Origin: Lama guanicoe
Lineage: Eukaryota
Assembly: GCA_013239625.1 (NCBI GenBank)
Contig: MU054187.1
Coordinates: 9,879,231 to 9,943,230 of the forward strand
DNA length: 64,000 bases
Direction: 5' to 3'
This document shows positions 40,341 to 56,036 of this stretch, in pieces. Each line of letters starts with the position of its first letter. Within the stretch, counting starts at the first letter, position 1. The notes under the pieces were generated by a model. The model did no database searches, had not been told where the DNA came from, and saw nothing but the letters and a program-made list of their open reading frames with translations. The position numbers were made by a program, and so were the translations under genes.

Positions 40341-40843
40341 GAAAACTGTCTTCATTGGTTTCTTTACCAATTTAAAAAACTGAGACATAATTTTCACATA
40401 CCATAAAATTCACTATTTTAAAGGAATATGCAATTAAGTAGTTTTTAGTATGGCTTCTTTAACTTTTGGAGTGAAAATGTTTAGGAAGAATTTCTACTAT
40501 GTGGAAGTTGGGTACATTGAGGGCTGCAGAAACGCTAGTGTCAGGCTGGCCCTGAATACTTCCCTTGACTGTTAATTTCATTAATAGGCCAAATATCTTA
40601 TATATTCATAAAATGTTTATGGTTGTATGAAAGGCAAATAACATGTTAGATTAAAACAATTATTAATAAAAATTGAAACACTATCCTAAATTTTTATAGT
40701 TTTACAATTATTTTAAAAGGTATTATGAAATGCATTTCATCTGAACTTTTTTTTCTCATCTATAAAATTAGGCGCTTGGTCTGGATGATCTCTAAGGTTT
40801 CTTATGCTTATTTCAGCATCAGACACATTTTAAAATTACTTAC

Positions 40844-40929
40844 TGTTTGCAGTGTACACCAAAGTCTTCTATTTTATTAAGTGGGATAGTCTGGTACTCA
40901 GAAGGTCCTTCATCAGGAGGTTTGTAGCC
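40844..40929 (-). CDS. COPS5: COPS5 exon 5
   Basis: GYKPPDEGPSEYQTIPLNKIEDFGVHCK(Q); 86 nt; AG/GTAAGT. Confidence 0.98.
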
Positions 40930-41413
40930 CTAAACAAAAATGAAGAAAATAGAAGATTTAAATAAAACAGAGAAAAAAATGTATGTTTCTCTATGCAGCT
41001 TTCTATTTATAGAAACATTAATTTGGGGGAGCCAAATACTGAACAGAAACATTCTAATTAAAAAAAAGTATATTGCTTACACCCTTCCTCAATATCACTG
41101 GTGGCTGAAGGCTGGATTTGGCTTATAGATTCATTTTTCTTGTCTTTAGATGATGTACACTTGTGCTCGTATCTATTCTAGATTGTAGGGAAGGAAGTAG
41201 ATGTATTTAATTTGTTTCTCTAGTACTTGTCAGAATGCCATGGGCATACAGATAATTATTAACAAATGAAGACTGCTTTTCTAGTAAAATTAACAATATG
41301 CAGCACAAATGTACTGTCTTGTGCTAAGGACAATTTGTGGTAGTTTGACTGCCATTTTGTAAATATTAAATTGTTTTAGAACAGAATGAGACACTAACTG
41401 TAACACACCTCTA

Positions 41414-41539
<126 letters not shown>

Positions 41540-42077
41540 CTACAAGAAAAGTATATTTAATATCTGCTGATTATAAAATCATTATATACTTCCATTTGTC
41601 TAAACATTGTAAGCCTAGAAATACATATGTATGTATAACACTACACGCACACACACACACTGTTAAAATAAACAAATAATAGGGAAAAAATAACCAAATA
41701 GAAAAAAATTAAAGTGGTTAAATGTAGAAGTCTCATAGTTAATTTAGGGATTAGATCTTATTATTATACTATTTAAAAATATCAGTGGAAGATCTGCCTC
41801 ACTCTGAGCATAGCAAGAGATGCTCTAGCAATTTCAGACTTAGTCAAATCAGTCGACACTGACCGAATGCCTACTGTGTGCAGGGAACTGAGACACAGGT
41901 GCTGTAAACACCCTCATCTTACAGAGTGGGGGAAGGCTGAATAAGCTGTTCAAAGTTTCAGCTTCAAAGAGGTAGAATTAAGATTCAACCCTAAACAGAT
42001 TGACATCAGAGCCTTGCTTTTTACCACACAGTTTTTTCCTCTGTATACTTGCTTTAGTAAATCTTCATGAAAAATTA

Positions 42078-42233
<156 letters not shown>

Positions 42234-43102
42234 CTAATAAATGAAGAGAGCAAAGGAGCTTGAGGTTCCTGTTTAATCTTTCAGAGATGCTTGTCATTTG
42301 CTTGTTTACACAGCCTTATGGCAAAATAACAGTATGCAGAGCAGTCAAAGCATATGCTGCTTTCAGGGAAAAAAAAAAGGGTATTTTAGATAACACATGC
42401 CCAAAGCACAAAATAATAATGTACAATAAGGGCATTCAGTTTCCTTCCCACCTCTTTCCCCTCAACTAGTTTCTCAGCCCAGAAGTTACCACTATAGCCA
42501 GCTGCTTACATACGTCTTCCAGAAATATTCTTTGCATAATGTAGATTAATAAAAACACACACAATGGCACACCACATACGGCATTCTACAGTTTGCTTTT
42601 TCACTTAACAAAATATTCTGGGGTTTGTTTCATATAAATAAATACATAAAGGCTGACTAGCCTTTCATTATATGGATGACTACTTCATTATATTAGATAT
42701 ACCATAATTTAATCAGTTTTATATTCAGGGACATTTAGGTTGTTTCCAAATTTTTGGTTTTAAATACATACCAACTAATGTGTCAGAATTTTTTAAAAAA
42801 TCTAATTGAGATATAATTGACACATATTAATTCAGGTGTACAACATAATGATTTGTTATCTGTATATACTGTGAAATGATCACCACCATAAATGTAGTTA
42901 ACAACCATCACCAAACAGAGTTACGTATTTTTCTTCTTTTAAGATCTACTCTTGAGCGAGAATTTATTTTTAAAAAATCCATGCTAATCTCATATACATT
43001 TTATATAGCAATCGTTGAAAACAAGTTAAGATACAAACTTTAATGTAAAAAGGATAACTTTAAGTTTAGAAAAGTCACAATGAGACTCTTAACTTGCAGT
43101 TA

Positions 43103-43414
<312 letters not shown>

Positions 43415-43754
43415 TCAAGACAGTTTTTGCAGAGATTAAGTATTGAAGGAATTTATGCGGGTAGATTGGGGAGAATGTAAAATGTGGGAAAGAAAAAGGA
43501 AGTATAAAAGGACAGTTTCTGAAGGGGGATGGAAATGATACACATGTCAAAAGACTACGGGGTATTTCCCACTGGGGGAAGGGAAAAGGAGGAAATAGTT
43601 TTTTAATATGATACTTAAGTAGAAAGGAAGAAAATATGTGACCAGTTCAATAGACTTCTCCATTAATTTTGGAACCACCAAATCTTGGTTTCTAACTCTG
43701 GATGGATGGCTGTGCCTCACTATTCTCAGCCTCAACCTTCTGGGCTAACCATAA

Positions 43755-43965
43755 AGAATGTGGGCTCTGACATCCATCTACCTAGGTTTGAATCCTTGCA
43801 CTGCTATGTCCTAGCTGCGGCCTTGAGACAACCACTTAATGTCTGTGCCTGTTTCCTTACCTATAAATAGGGATAGTTCATAGAGTTGTTGTTAGGAAGA
43901 AATAAAGTAAATGAAATAATGAGTGCCTGACAATATTAAAACTTTTTAAGTGCTAGCTGTTATTA
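43755..43965 (+). mobile_element. MIR SINE
   Basis: GGTTTGAATCC...CTAGCTGCGGCCTTGAGACAACCACTTAATGTCTGTGCCT. Confidence 0.7.
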
Positions 43966-45579
43966 GCATCATTAACCTATATTTTACACTACTCTCAAAG
44001 AACAGTGTGTTGATGATTGAGGCTTCTCTGTGGTATCAGCCTCAAAATTGAAAACGCAGCCCTAAAATCTTCAGTTCTACTATGATAACTATTTCAGTCT
44101 GTCATTTGTGGTTGTGACTAAACTACTGTTGAATAAAATTACATTTCAGTCTCATTGATGCAGCCCAAGACAGCTAAGATGCATATAATCAAAGACACAA
44201 TCAGACACTGAGGCAAGCTGATAGTTTCCAAATATTTAATAGGCTGCATCAACCTAAAATGCACAGCCCTCTGTGGAAATAGCAGATGGCCAGGCAAACT
44301 AACCAGTCTGTAAAGAATGGTCAGTTAGTGTCTCTGAGAAGCTTTTTAAAGATGTCTGCTCACAGATTTAAATCACAACTGAAAAATATGGAGACCTGGT
44401 CTTGGAAGTCAAGATAGAAATTATAATCTTTGCTTCTCTATCCACTGGGAAAAGAAAAGACAGTTATTGTGCTTCTATTACATATGTTCTAGACCATTTT
44501 TTATACATGATTTCATCTAATCTTTATGACATCACCAAGAGGTAGGTCTTTTTTTCTGTTTTATAGATAAAAAAAGAAGATAAGTAATTTTCCTAGTCAG
44601 TGACAGTTGTGAGATTTGTTCCTAGGTCTGTTGCTCACTTCAGAGTTCACTGCCTCAGTGTAAACATGAAACAAATTATTCACTATATTTTCTTGTTTTC
44701 ATATATGCAACGAAGGAATAAAAATATAGTACTAGTTGTCATGAAGATTGAATGACATATGGAAACTCCTAGCTCAGTAGTAAGTACTCAATAAGCATTG
44801 CTGAATCTGAATACTGACAGTTAAAGCTTGCCTTGTAAAAACCGTGAGACAGATGAAGTACGGTTTTTGCTGTTGACCATCCTTTTCCTGTCTATCTCTC
44901 CATTAGAGAGACTGTGCGCAACAGTATCTGCTCTCAGGGAAGGAATAATGCTGTGGGTAAAGAATCCTTGACCTGTCATCACTCCCAGGGGCACAAGGGT
45001 TTTGCTAAGGGGCAAAGGGCCTTAAGCTCTATTGATATAATTTCCAGATTATGTGAAATGGTAGAGTAACATTTTGGGAGACTGAGTAGAGCCTCGTTGT
45101 GTTTCTGAAATAATTACCAGCAACCAAATATCAGTTATAGATCTAAAAGTTGGCTCAATTATTTCAGAGACCCTTGGGCTGACTCAATTTCTGAAGATAG
45201 CTGTAGTCTTCAGTCTGAGATGAGCTGAAGGTCCCAACAAAGTGTATATCAACAACAGGGTTCAAGGCAGAGTGTGTAGCATATATGACAATACTGGATG
45301 TTGAAAAGTGGAAACCCAAATCATGGCCTGTTATTTTCCTCTTCCATTCTCCCGAAACAAAAGGGTTAGAGACATAATGGGGAGTCAAGCAAGCCGCCGT
45401 GGAGGGGCTTCGCTCTACTTACGGGGATAAAAAGGTAAAGGAAAATTTCTCAGCCACTTATTCTTTCTCCTCCCTGCCCATGGTAAGACAAGTTCTATAT
45501 TCCTTTCACTCCTACTCCCACTCCCCCTGGGTCTCCCGCCACCCCTTCCCTCCCCTGCGTTTCGCCAGGGACCTCCTCA

Positions 45580-46190
<611 letters not shown>

Positions 46191-47519
46191 GAAGTTTTTA
46201 ATGTGGCTGTTCGTACTTTGAATGAAGTAAGTTTGCTGAAAGACTTAAAAAAATAAGGATATCTGTCAAAAAACTGAGATATAAATAGTTCTGGATGCTG
46301 GTTTTGAGAGACTGGTAACATGGCATCCTAGTTTACGTCCAGAAGGATCACTGCACATGCGTAAAATCTTATGGTCTCGTGGGGGTTTGGCACTAAGCTG
46401 CTCTAGAGGGGTGTTCTCTAAGCTTTCAGAGAAGGGTGTGGAAAGTCGTGGATGGCTACGGTCATGCCTTTTGGGTGTTTCTAAAAATTAACGTCTATAT
46501 GAGCTGTGAGTGTCCTGAAAATGTCCAATATCTAGTTCTTATAATGGTTTACAGTTTAATCTTCTGCAGTGCTCTGTGAAACAACCTCTCCCGAAGCCGA
46601 ATTAATCTCAAGGAGACTATTTGTTTTCTTCCAAGAGTTAATATAGTGTTTAATTATTTCTTTTATTTGCGTGTTTGGGTATTCTTCCGTCTCCTCTTCT
46701 CCCCAACTCCACACTAGATTTTAAATTCCAAAACAGGGACCAGTTCTGTGTTGTTTTATCCCTAATACCTACCATAACTATTCAATAATGTTTTTGCTGG
46801 GACAAAGGGAAAAAAAGCATCACAGCTCCCCTCTCCAGCCTCATCTTTCTTTAGTTACCCTGAAACTTTGCATAAGTAGTCAGCATTGCCTAAAATGCTC
46901 TCCCTTAACTTTTCTGACTGTGAGCTTATATTAATATTTAAAAACACAGCTCAGAGATCTCCACCATGCGCTCTTTCTTAACTTCCTCCTCTCTCCAGTA
47001 ATCTTGTTTCCATGGTGTCTTTAAATGTCTGTCGGTGCTTCTGTGACTGTTACATTGCATTGGAATAATGTATTTGTTTACTTGAAAGTTTTTCTTTCCA
47101 CTGTAAGCCTCAGAATGCAAGACACTCCACTCTGAGATGTATCCTACACTTTTAGAAAGGTGACATACAGTTAAAACAAAAACGTTAGGGCTATGGAATC
47201 CACACCTCCGCCTGTGGTTTTGACTTTAACTTCCATTTGAAGAAAATCTGTCTTTCAAACCCTCTTACAAAGTAACTTAAGATGAAGAACTCTTAGTTCC
47301 ACTGTCCTGGGAAGCTAGAGATCTCTTTTCTAGTGGTAGCACATGGCCGCTAAGTATTGGGGTGAACCGAATCTGTTGATTAGTAAGTAATAGAAGCCTA
47401 GGACAAAACGTAGACCAGACTTCTGGGAGAGCATTAATGCCCCGAAGAGGTGTGCCAACAGTTTTTCTATCACTGCCAACCCTCGTCCCCCACCTTTTTT
47501 TCCCCCCAGGCTCTGACCC

Positions 47520-48500
47520 AGGCCGGCTAGAGCTTTGAGAGCTTGGAGGCGACGGAGTTAATTTATTCTGGGAAGTGGCTCCTACGGTTTAATAGCTCCC
47601 AGGCGGTGCAGGGGAACCAGGTGGCCGTGTACCCAGCCCATGTACTTACAAGCCCTGCGAACCGCCTGGCTTCCGTGCGGCCTCCGGGGCGGCAGGGGGC
47701 GCCGCAGGCCGCGAGGCCTTGCCCCGCGGCCGTAGAGGGGGCGGGGCCGCGCTGGGCCGTTGGCGAAGGGCGGGCAGAGGGCTTGAAAGGCGGGGCCCGG
47801 GTCGGGCGGATCGTCACACTGTTCCCGCGCCAGGCGACGGCTGCCACCTCTTCGGTCCGCGAAGAGCCTGGCAAGAGCTTAGTGCGTCTCCCCCGACGCG
47901 AGGCCGTTTTCCTGAGTAAGCGTCCGCCGGCGGCATGTGGGGAGCGGGCCTGGCGGGGTGTGGCCGTGGCTGGGGGGCGTCCCAGAGCTGGGTTCGCGGC
48001 CCCGGGGCGAGGGCATGGGCTCCCTGAGGGCGGAGGTCTCGCGACGGCCAGGCTGGCCGAGGTGCCGGGGTTCCCGGCGTGTGGGGCAGGGGTCCCCTGC
48101 CAACTGAGGTCTCGCGGCCGCCCGGCTAAGGGCGGTGCCCCAGTTACGGGCTTGCGGTCTAGCGGCAGCAGGGCCGGGGGCGGTGCGGGGGCTCTCAGTG
48201 GGTGAGGGTCTCGCCGTTGCGGGGCCAGCCTGGCGGCGGTGCCTTGGTTACGCGGTCTGGACTCCGGGGCCGCAGGTACCGCTGCTGCCGCGGGTGCTGT
48301 TGAGACCCGGTTACCTGACGACGCGTTGACGCTTCCTAACGGCGCCGCCGCCCGCAGCGCCCGGAGACCAGCTGTGCCTCCGCTCTCATCCCTGCCCTCC
48401 CCATCGGCCGCTCTCTGCTGCTCGGCTAAGCCAGCCGAAGCACCGTTTCCTCGGAGCTGGCTAATGGTTAACGTTTATTGAGTGCATGTGCGCTCAACGT
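47520..48500 (+). promoter_or_regulatory. CSPP1 CpG island / promoter
   Basis: Very GC- and CpG-rich; several GC boxes (GGGGCGGGG, GGGCGG) at 47737-47810. Confidence 0.9.
47790..47915 (+). other. CSPP1: CSPP1 exon 1 (5'UTR here; start approximate)
   Basis: Resembles recalled human exon 1 peptides (TLFPRQATAATSSVREEP and SPPTRGRFP); donor CCTGA|GTAAGC at 47915/47916. Confidence 0.8.
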
Positions 48501-50828
48501 TGTTCTCAGTGTTTTGCTTTGCAAGTAAAATGTATTTGATTACCCCAGCGCTGTGAGTTCGGTGCTGCTGTTGTCCTGTTTCCCTCTGGCTCCTTGAGCT
48601 TGAGCCTCTTCTTTCTAATTGCCTTGATTTTAGAATTGTTATCTGGGATTTGGATAGAGTTTTCAGTAAATGTTTAGCAATGGGACTTATCTTTTGAGAG
48701 AGGCTGATTCTCGAGATTATCGGATTGAGAAGTATAGCTTGGATTTTCGGGGAGGCTAATTTGTAAAGTAAGCCACTACCTAGTTTCCAGACGCCTCGGG
48801 AAATGCACAAGCCTAAGATTAACCAATATGAGTTTGTAGAAAGTCATATATGTAGAGAGGTTCAACTTTATATGAAAGGATGGCTTTTCATATTGACAAG
48901 CAAGAAGGAATCCCGTGGTAACCAGTGAGATGCTGCTTGCTTTTCTGCATATTTCTTCTTAGTAGGCGTACACTGACTTTTTGCCTGTTAAGTATATGCT
49001 GAAATGCTCCCCAGGGATGAAATTTGGGGTCCACTGCAGTACAGATGATCTTCTGGTAGGGAGCAAGTGGTTTTAGATAGGATAAATTGAAACAGGATGC
49101 TTTCAGTACAGTATTTCTCAAATGAAGTTTTTAGACATGTGATTTAACTATTACAAACTTTGAGCAGATTATCTTTTAACATCATTCGACTTAAGTTCTG
49201 ATTGCTTTCCCGAGTGAGAGACAAGTGTTTGAATAAACACTTTGGAAATTTTGCGTAACCAAAAGGTTATCTAATTTATGCTACTGTCCTTCGTCATCAT
49301 TAATGATGTATTATGAACAGCAGCTAACAGACTTAGTGCCTTTATGTATTTGTACTCTCTGTGTTGTGACCCCCAGCCTCCTTTCTACCCCCAGTAATAT
49401 TTGCTTCTTAGCAACGTTTAGAGGCATTTGTCGGAATTTGGATGTGCTTTTGGAAGTTGCTCATGTGGATGTCATCTACCAAGAGAAAAAGACTGAGCAC
49501 CTTTTATTTGGTGGAAAGGTCTCCAGAGCAATGGGAAATGAGGAACATTTTCCTGGTTCATGTCATCCCACCCTCTTTCTTCTAAGGCTATTTTACAGGC
49601 TTCCCTCAGCATCCTACACCTGTATGTAATCACTCCCTGCTAGTCTGTCCTCAGTCCTGTTCTCCTACGCTAGGGTCTTTTTTCCCTAACAGCCTCTTTA
49701 CCTTTAAGGATCATTTTTAAAACTGTTAACCCTTTTTCCTCCTGCTCTATTCTGAGTTCTACACATATTCAAATTGTTTTCTTGATACAGCCACTGGATC
49801 CTTTATGGGTGGGCCCCTCACATCAATTATCTAACCCCCATTCTGGCTAGACTGAGCCACTGTGGCAGGGGGCATAATCTTGAGGCCAAGGATTGTATTT
49901 TAAACTTTTCATCTCCCTAGCATCTAGACCAGTGTCCTTTGGGAAGGGAGTTGTTTTCCATTCCTCATGCTTCCATAGAGGGAGAAAATTTTCACTTCAC
50001 TGAAGAGGGAAAAGGATGGGAGCCACATTTTCCCTTCTCTTTGTGATTGATGAAATTGGGGGAAGGAACTGGGCATACTCAGTTCTTTTTGGAGCCTCTC
50101 TTTTTTAGATTCGCTTAGGGTTTGCAGAGTGAGTATATTTGGGTCTGTTTATATTTCTGTCTATGTGATAAGCATAGAGGACCTAAGTTTAAGATTTAAA
50201 AATGTTGCTTTGGATTATGATAAACAAGTATCAGTTATTGGTAATTTGAATGCAGTGTACTTTGGAAGCTTTAAAAAAAACAAAAAAACTGAGTAGTGAT
50301 GTATACAAAGACTATGAAAAAACAATGAGGACTAATAGCTCTGATTTATTGATTGTTAAGCGTCAGCTGTGCCGTACATTTGTGTGTATCATTTCATATT
50401 TTTCTTCATAGCAGCTGTAAAGGAGATATTTCCATTTTACAGATGAGGAAACAGAGATAGGTTAAGGAACATACTGAGGTCAGTCACATAGAGTCAATTA
50501 GTGGTGGAATTGGGTTTCAAATCCATGTCTTTCAGTTAAATTGATTTTCTGAAAACTATCGTCTACATGCTATGTACACAGCAACTGGGAGTGAAAAACC
50601 TGGTAATAATACCTAGGAAAAAGTGTGACTGGTGTTACATTGTAGAGCGAAGGAAGACTGAAGAATCCCATTTAGGTTGATTTAAGCTGATCTTTCTTGT
50701 AACTTACTCTTTAAATTGTAAATATTCTTATTCTATTTCGTACTTAGGCTATATCCATTAATTCGATCTCTGTGATTCATTAAGTAATTCTTGAATAATT
50801 TTGTTGTTGAAATATGTTTTGTATAAGC

Positions 50829-51427
50829 TGTCACATGCTTTTAGGACTGAGAGGGAGAAAAATGGCCGTGACAGCAGGAAGCTGGCCTTTACTATCACCA
50901 GGGCCCTGGTGTTGCTAGGAACTGGCCTGACAATACTGCTTGGGCTTGGTGTTCTTCTGCTGAATTGTTTAATTGCATAGAATATCAACATCAGACAAAG
51001 CAGCTCTGTGTTCATGGTGGATCAAGAGAAAAACAATACCACTCCACAGTCATGTCCAAACACAGATGAAACATGTTGTCCCGGCCACAAAATGCCAGAC
51101 ATCTCTCCCAGCTGATTATGACTGCTGCCTCTTCACTATTGCCTCTTTAGCCTCTCTGTGGATAAGACTCACTAAGATGTCCAATCATAGAATTACCCTC
51201 ACTTCCTGACAGTATCTAATCCTGGGCAAAGCTCTGCTTCCTTGAACCCTCCCCCAAATCATCTCAAATCCTGTAATTCTTTTTCTGACACCTTCTTAAT
51301 AAGATATTCCAGGGTACCCCTTGGTGGGTGGGCACTGAGAATGTATCTCTCCATGCAATGAGTAATAAACCCAAGTAGTTTAACTATAGCAGTGTTCCTG
51401 GTGTACTTTGTCTGGAGGGCATTGCCA
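50829..51427 (+). mobile_element. ERV1-class solo LTR (MER67/MER31-like)
   Basis: TG...CA ends, AATAAA at 51364, terminal GTGTTCCTGGTG...CTGGAGGGCATTGCCA; family assignment from recall. Confidence 0.6.
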
Positions 51428-52769
51428 GGAGAATGCTTATTAGTATCTCTGACTCTTTGATTTAGTATTAAACATACTATATTCTAATCAGGTTAGATAG
51501 TACGACAGAATTAGAATTAAACATATACTTACATCTGATAAATCTTATGTTTTAGCTATGATGTATTTTATGCTCACTACCATTGTTTTAAAATGTTTAA
51601 TTTCTGTAATTGCTGTTGTATAAAATCAATTCTAGAATTTATAATTTATGTTAAATTATTATAGCGAAGGGAAATTCAAGTATCTGTAAATTCGAGTGAG
51701 AGCTTTCAAAGCCTAATTAAAACAAGTGAACATGTTAAACTAATGTTAACAGATCTTAGGTAGCTCAGAGTGAAAGAGGTTTGTTACTTTTTTTTTTAAA
51801 TTAATGACATTTCTGCTTAAATTCTTTATAAAATCCTATAGCAAATTATATTATAACATATGTATTATCCCCTCATTATCTTCTATTTCTTTCAGACAAA
51901 AAGGGAAATTAGCAGATTTTAAGAACTAATTTTTTTAACTTGAAAACTACTGTTTACTATTGAACTGTTTTGAATTTTTACTAGGAAAAAATCTCTTGTG
52001 ACAAATTGGACTTTAAAAGTGGCTAAAATAAGTTAACTTTTGTTGGTTTTCAGTATGTTTTGCTAGGTCCATATTTTAAAATAAGTGTTCTTTTTGGAAG
52101 TAAATAATGGAATGAAATTCATGTTATGTACTACTCAACTGATACAAGTTTCAACATATTTCTTTTAGGTAAAGCTTGCTTTTCTATATTTTTACAAATT
52201 ATCATTGTCCCCCAAACATTCAAGTCAGTGGATGCTTTTTTTCTTTAGCTCTCTTGTATTTCATGTTGCTTACCACTTTTTTTCTCATGTTTTTCTTTTC
52301 CTCTACAAAATATGTTGACTGGGTTTTCTTTATATTCTCTTTTAATTATTCCTTCTTTGTGTTTTTTTTTTTTCCTAGCTTCTATTCTTCTGTCACCCCC
52401 TCAAGTGAACATTGTCCATTATTTTAGTTCTGGGTCATCTTTTTTCCCTGTCTGAGCTCATTTACCACAGCTTCAGTTATTATTTTTAAAATTGTTTAGT
52501 TTAAAATAAACATTTCTCATCTGGTCCTGTTGAGTCTTGAATCTGCTGGAAATTTCTGTTATCGTATCTTACTAGCTCCAACTTAACATAGCTAAACCAA
52601 ACCTTTCCAATCCAGCCACCTTCTTCTGACTTGTTTCTGTCTAGGATTCCATTCACGTTTAGTTTCCAGGACTTAAAACTGTGGTCATCACTGGCTCCTT
52701 TCTTGCCAGATGTTGAAATTGTCATTAAGTTTTATGGGTTTTTGAAAAATGTATTACAAAAATTAACTT

Positions 52770-55700
52770 CGATGTGGAAAGGATAGACAGTCTTTTCAAG
52801 AAATGGTGCTGGAATAATTTTGTATCCATCTATAAATAATTTATAAACTTGATGACCCTTACATTATTTGCAAAAATTAACTCAAAATGGATCGTAGATA
52901 TAAGATATAAGAAATAATAGGTGTAATAGAGAAAATGATAAAATTTCTAAAAGAAAACAGAAGAAAATATTTGTGATATTAGGCTAGGCAAAACATTACA
53001 TATGACACAAAAAGCACAACTGATTAAAAATTGATGAAAAATGGATGAATTGGACTTCATAAAAATTAAAAACTTTTGCTTTTAAGAAGACACCACCACG
53101 CATGTTTATAGCAACTTCACTTATAATTGCCAAAACCTGAAAACTACCAAGTTAACCTTCAGTAGGGCAAAAGATTGGATAAATTGTGGTACATCCAGAC
53201 AATGGAGTGTTATTTAGTGCTAAAAAAAAATGAGCTATCAAGCCATGAAAAGGCAATGAGAAACCTTAGTAGTACATATTAGTGAAGGAAGCCAGTCTGA
53301 ATAGGCTACATACTGTATGATTATAACCATACTACATTCTGGAAAGGGCAAAACTATGGAGACAGTAGAAAGATAAGTGATTGCCAGAGGTTAGAGGGGA
53401 GGGAGGAATGAATAGGTGAAACACACAGTACTATTAGGGCAATGAAACTACTCTATATGATACTTTAAAGGTGGATACATATTGTTATACATATGTCCAA
53501 ACCCGCAGAATGTACAACACCAAGAGTGAGCCTTAATATAAACTATGGACTTACGGTGATAATGTGTCAGTGTAGGTTCATTAATTGTAGTAAGTGGAGC
53601 AGGTGGGTAGAGGGTGTTGATAATGGAGAAGACCATGCATGGATCAGGGCAAGGGATTTATGGGAAACCTGTACCTTAGGCTCAGTTTTGCTGTGAACCT
53701 AAAACTGCTCTAAAAAATAAATTATTGAAAAAAGACATTATTAGGGAAATTTAAAAGCAAACCACAGACTGTGAGAAAATATGTACAAAACATGTTCAGT
53801 GAAGGACATGTATCCAGCATGTATAAGTTTTTTACAACTCAATAAGAAAACAATTTAATTTTAAAAATGGACAGAAAATTTGAAGACAGTGTGCCAATGG
53901 TTATATATATGGATATATGAATGGCAAATAAGGACATTAAAAGATGCTCAACAACATAGTCAGTAGAGAAGTGCAAATTAAAAACCACAATGAGATTCTT
54001 CTACACACCCTAACTATCAATAAGACCAAAAATACCAAGTATTGGTGAAGATATATAGAAATTGCAATCCTCATACACAGCTGGTTGGAATGAGAGAGTC
54101 TGGCAGTTCCTTAAAATGTTAAACATAGTTACAGGTGAGTCAGCAATTTCACCCCTAGGTATTATCACAGAGAACTGAAAACACACTGAATCTACACAAA
54201 TGTTCACAGCAGCAGCATTCTTAAATAAGCCAAACAACTGAAGCAACCCAGATGTCTAGCAATGTGTGACTAGATAAACAAAATATGATACTTCCATATA
54301 ATTGAGTACCATTTGGCAATTAAAATAGTTGTAAAATATAGTTGTAAAATATTTTTACATTTACAACTACTTACTGATAGATGCAACTATAAGGATGAAT
54401 CTCAGAAATGTTATATTAAGTGAAAGAAGCCAGACATGAAAGACACATATTGTGTCATCCATTTATATGAAATTTCCAGATTAGGCAAAATGATAGACAC
54501 AGAAAACAGATCTATGGTTGCCTGAGTTGAGACGTGGGAGTGAGTGAGGATTGAATACAAAGGGGCATGAGAGAGTTTTTTGGGTGATGGAAGCATTATA
54601 AAGTGTGATTGTGATAATTGCACAACTGTGTAAATTTACTAAAATTTATGGAACTGGTCACCAAAATGGGTGAATTTTATGGTGTATAAGTTATTCCTCA
54701 AAAAATCAACAACTTATTTTAAAAACAATTTCAGGACTTACTGAAAAAAATTTAAAATTCAAGAGTTCATACTGATAATAAGCCAAAAAGTAAAAATGAG
54801 CAAAAGCAGGCTCTTAGAATAGAATGATAAATGTATATGCAGGGAGTTGTGGAATTGGAAAAATTAGCATTTTGCAGGCATCTAAAATCAAAGATTGGAT
54901 CAATTGAGAATCACCAACTGATACTACATCTTGGAAATTTTGATCAGGAGCAGGGTGTTTGCATGATCTAAAAATATCTTTTTATAGACTACTTATTAGT
55001 TATAAGGATACAGTAGTGCGGAAATCAGTCTTGACCACCACATGATAGAAAATAACATCAGTAGTAAAGAGCAGGTGGACGTGTGTGCAAGTATGACACC
55101 TTTAGAACACATCATCACCTATGTAATAGTTCTCATGAGAATGCATAATCTGAATTTAGTCATGAAGAAACATCAGGCAAACTCCACATGAGGACTAATC
55201 TATTAAAAAGAGTAGGTGATGGGTGGGTTGTGTTAAAAAAAACAACAACTCAGTATTACAAAAGACAAAGTAAGGTTGTAGAAATATTCCAAATTGAAGA
55301 AGGCTAAAGAGACAACGTTGAAATGGTATACCTAAGCTAGACTGCATCCTGAACTGGAGAGAGAAAAATATGCTATAGAGGACACTAGTAGGTCAGGTGA
55401 TAACAATGAAACATGGACGTAGATTAAAAAGTCAGTGTTACTGAACCTGGTAATTATATTGAGATTATGTAAGAAAATAAATCTAATTCTAAATACACAA
55501 TGGAATGTTTAAGAGTAAGGGGCTATGTTACATGTATTTAACCCTCTGAATAACTTTAGAAAAGATTGTGTAAAGAGAACAAACTTGTGTGCAGGAAGGC
55601 ATAGCAAGTGGTGCAAAATTGTAACAGTAGGGAATAGATGAAGAGTATACAGGTGTTCTTGTACTATTTGTGTTGTAACTTGTTATTTCCAAATTTTGTC
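52770..55700 (+). mobile_element. Old L1 (ORF2 end and 3'UTR) with a nested L1 3' fragment at about 53095-53730
   Basis: AAATGGTGCTGG...AAAATTAACTCAAAATGGATC; host is interrupted after AAGACA and resumes at AAGACA after an A-rich tail. Confidence 0.85.
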
Positions 55701-56036
55701 CAAATAGTTAAAAAAAAAACTTTAAAGTGCTTTGACTTTAAGGTTTAAAGGGTTTTTTTTTGGTGTGTATGTGTGGATGGTGGTGGTTGCTCATTTTCTT
55801 TTTTATTTCTTTTCAGATATTTTAGCATATGTTGTAGGTTTTGGGGGGGAGTTGGGATTAAAAGCAGGTAGAGAAATTTTACTCGTTTAAGTTCTCAGTT
55901 TGATAATAGTGATTGAATACTAAGTGTAGAATGAGCCTGCATGTTAATAATGAGCCTAAAGATACTCTGATACGGCTGCACTCATTGAAGGATTTTAAAA
56001 ATCTTATTTAAAAAAATTTTTTTTAGTATCTGCAAA

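Noticed and set aside
47543..48205. 220-aa ORF and overlapping ORFs in the CSPP1 CpG island
   Set aside because: Non-ATG (TTG) start; Ala/Gly/Arg/Pro-rich as expected from GC-rich DNA; runs through the exon-1 donor
54322..54370. Direct and inverted repeats of TAGTTGTAAA
   Set aside because: Small rearrangement inside a decayed L1; no sign of function
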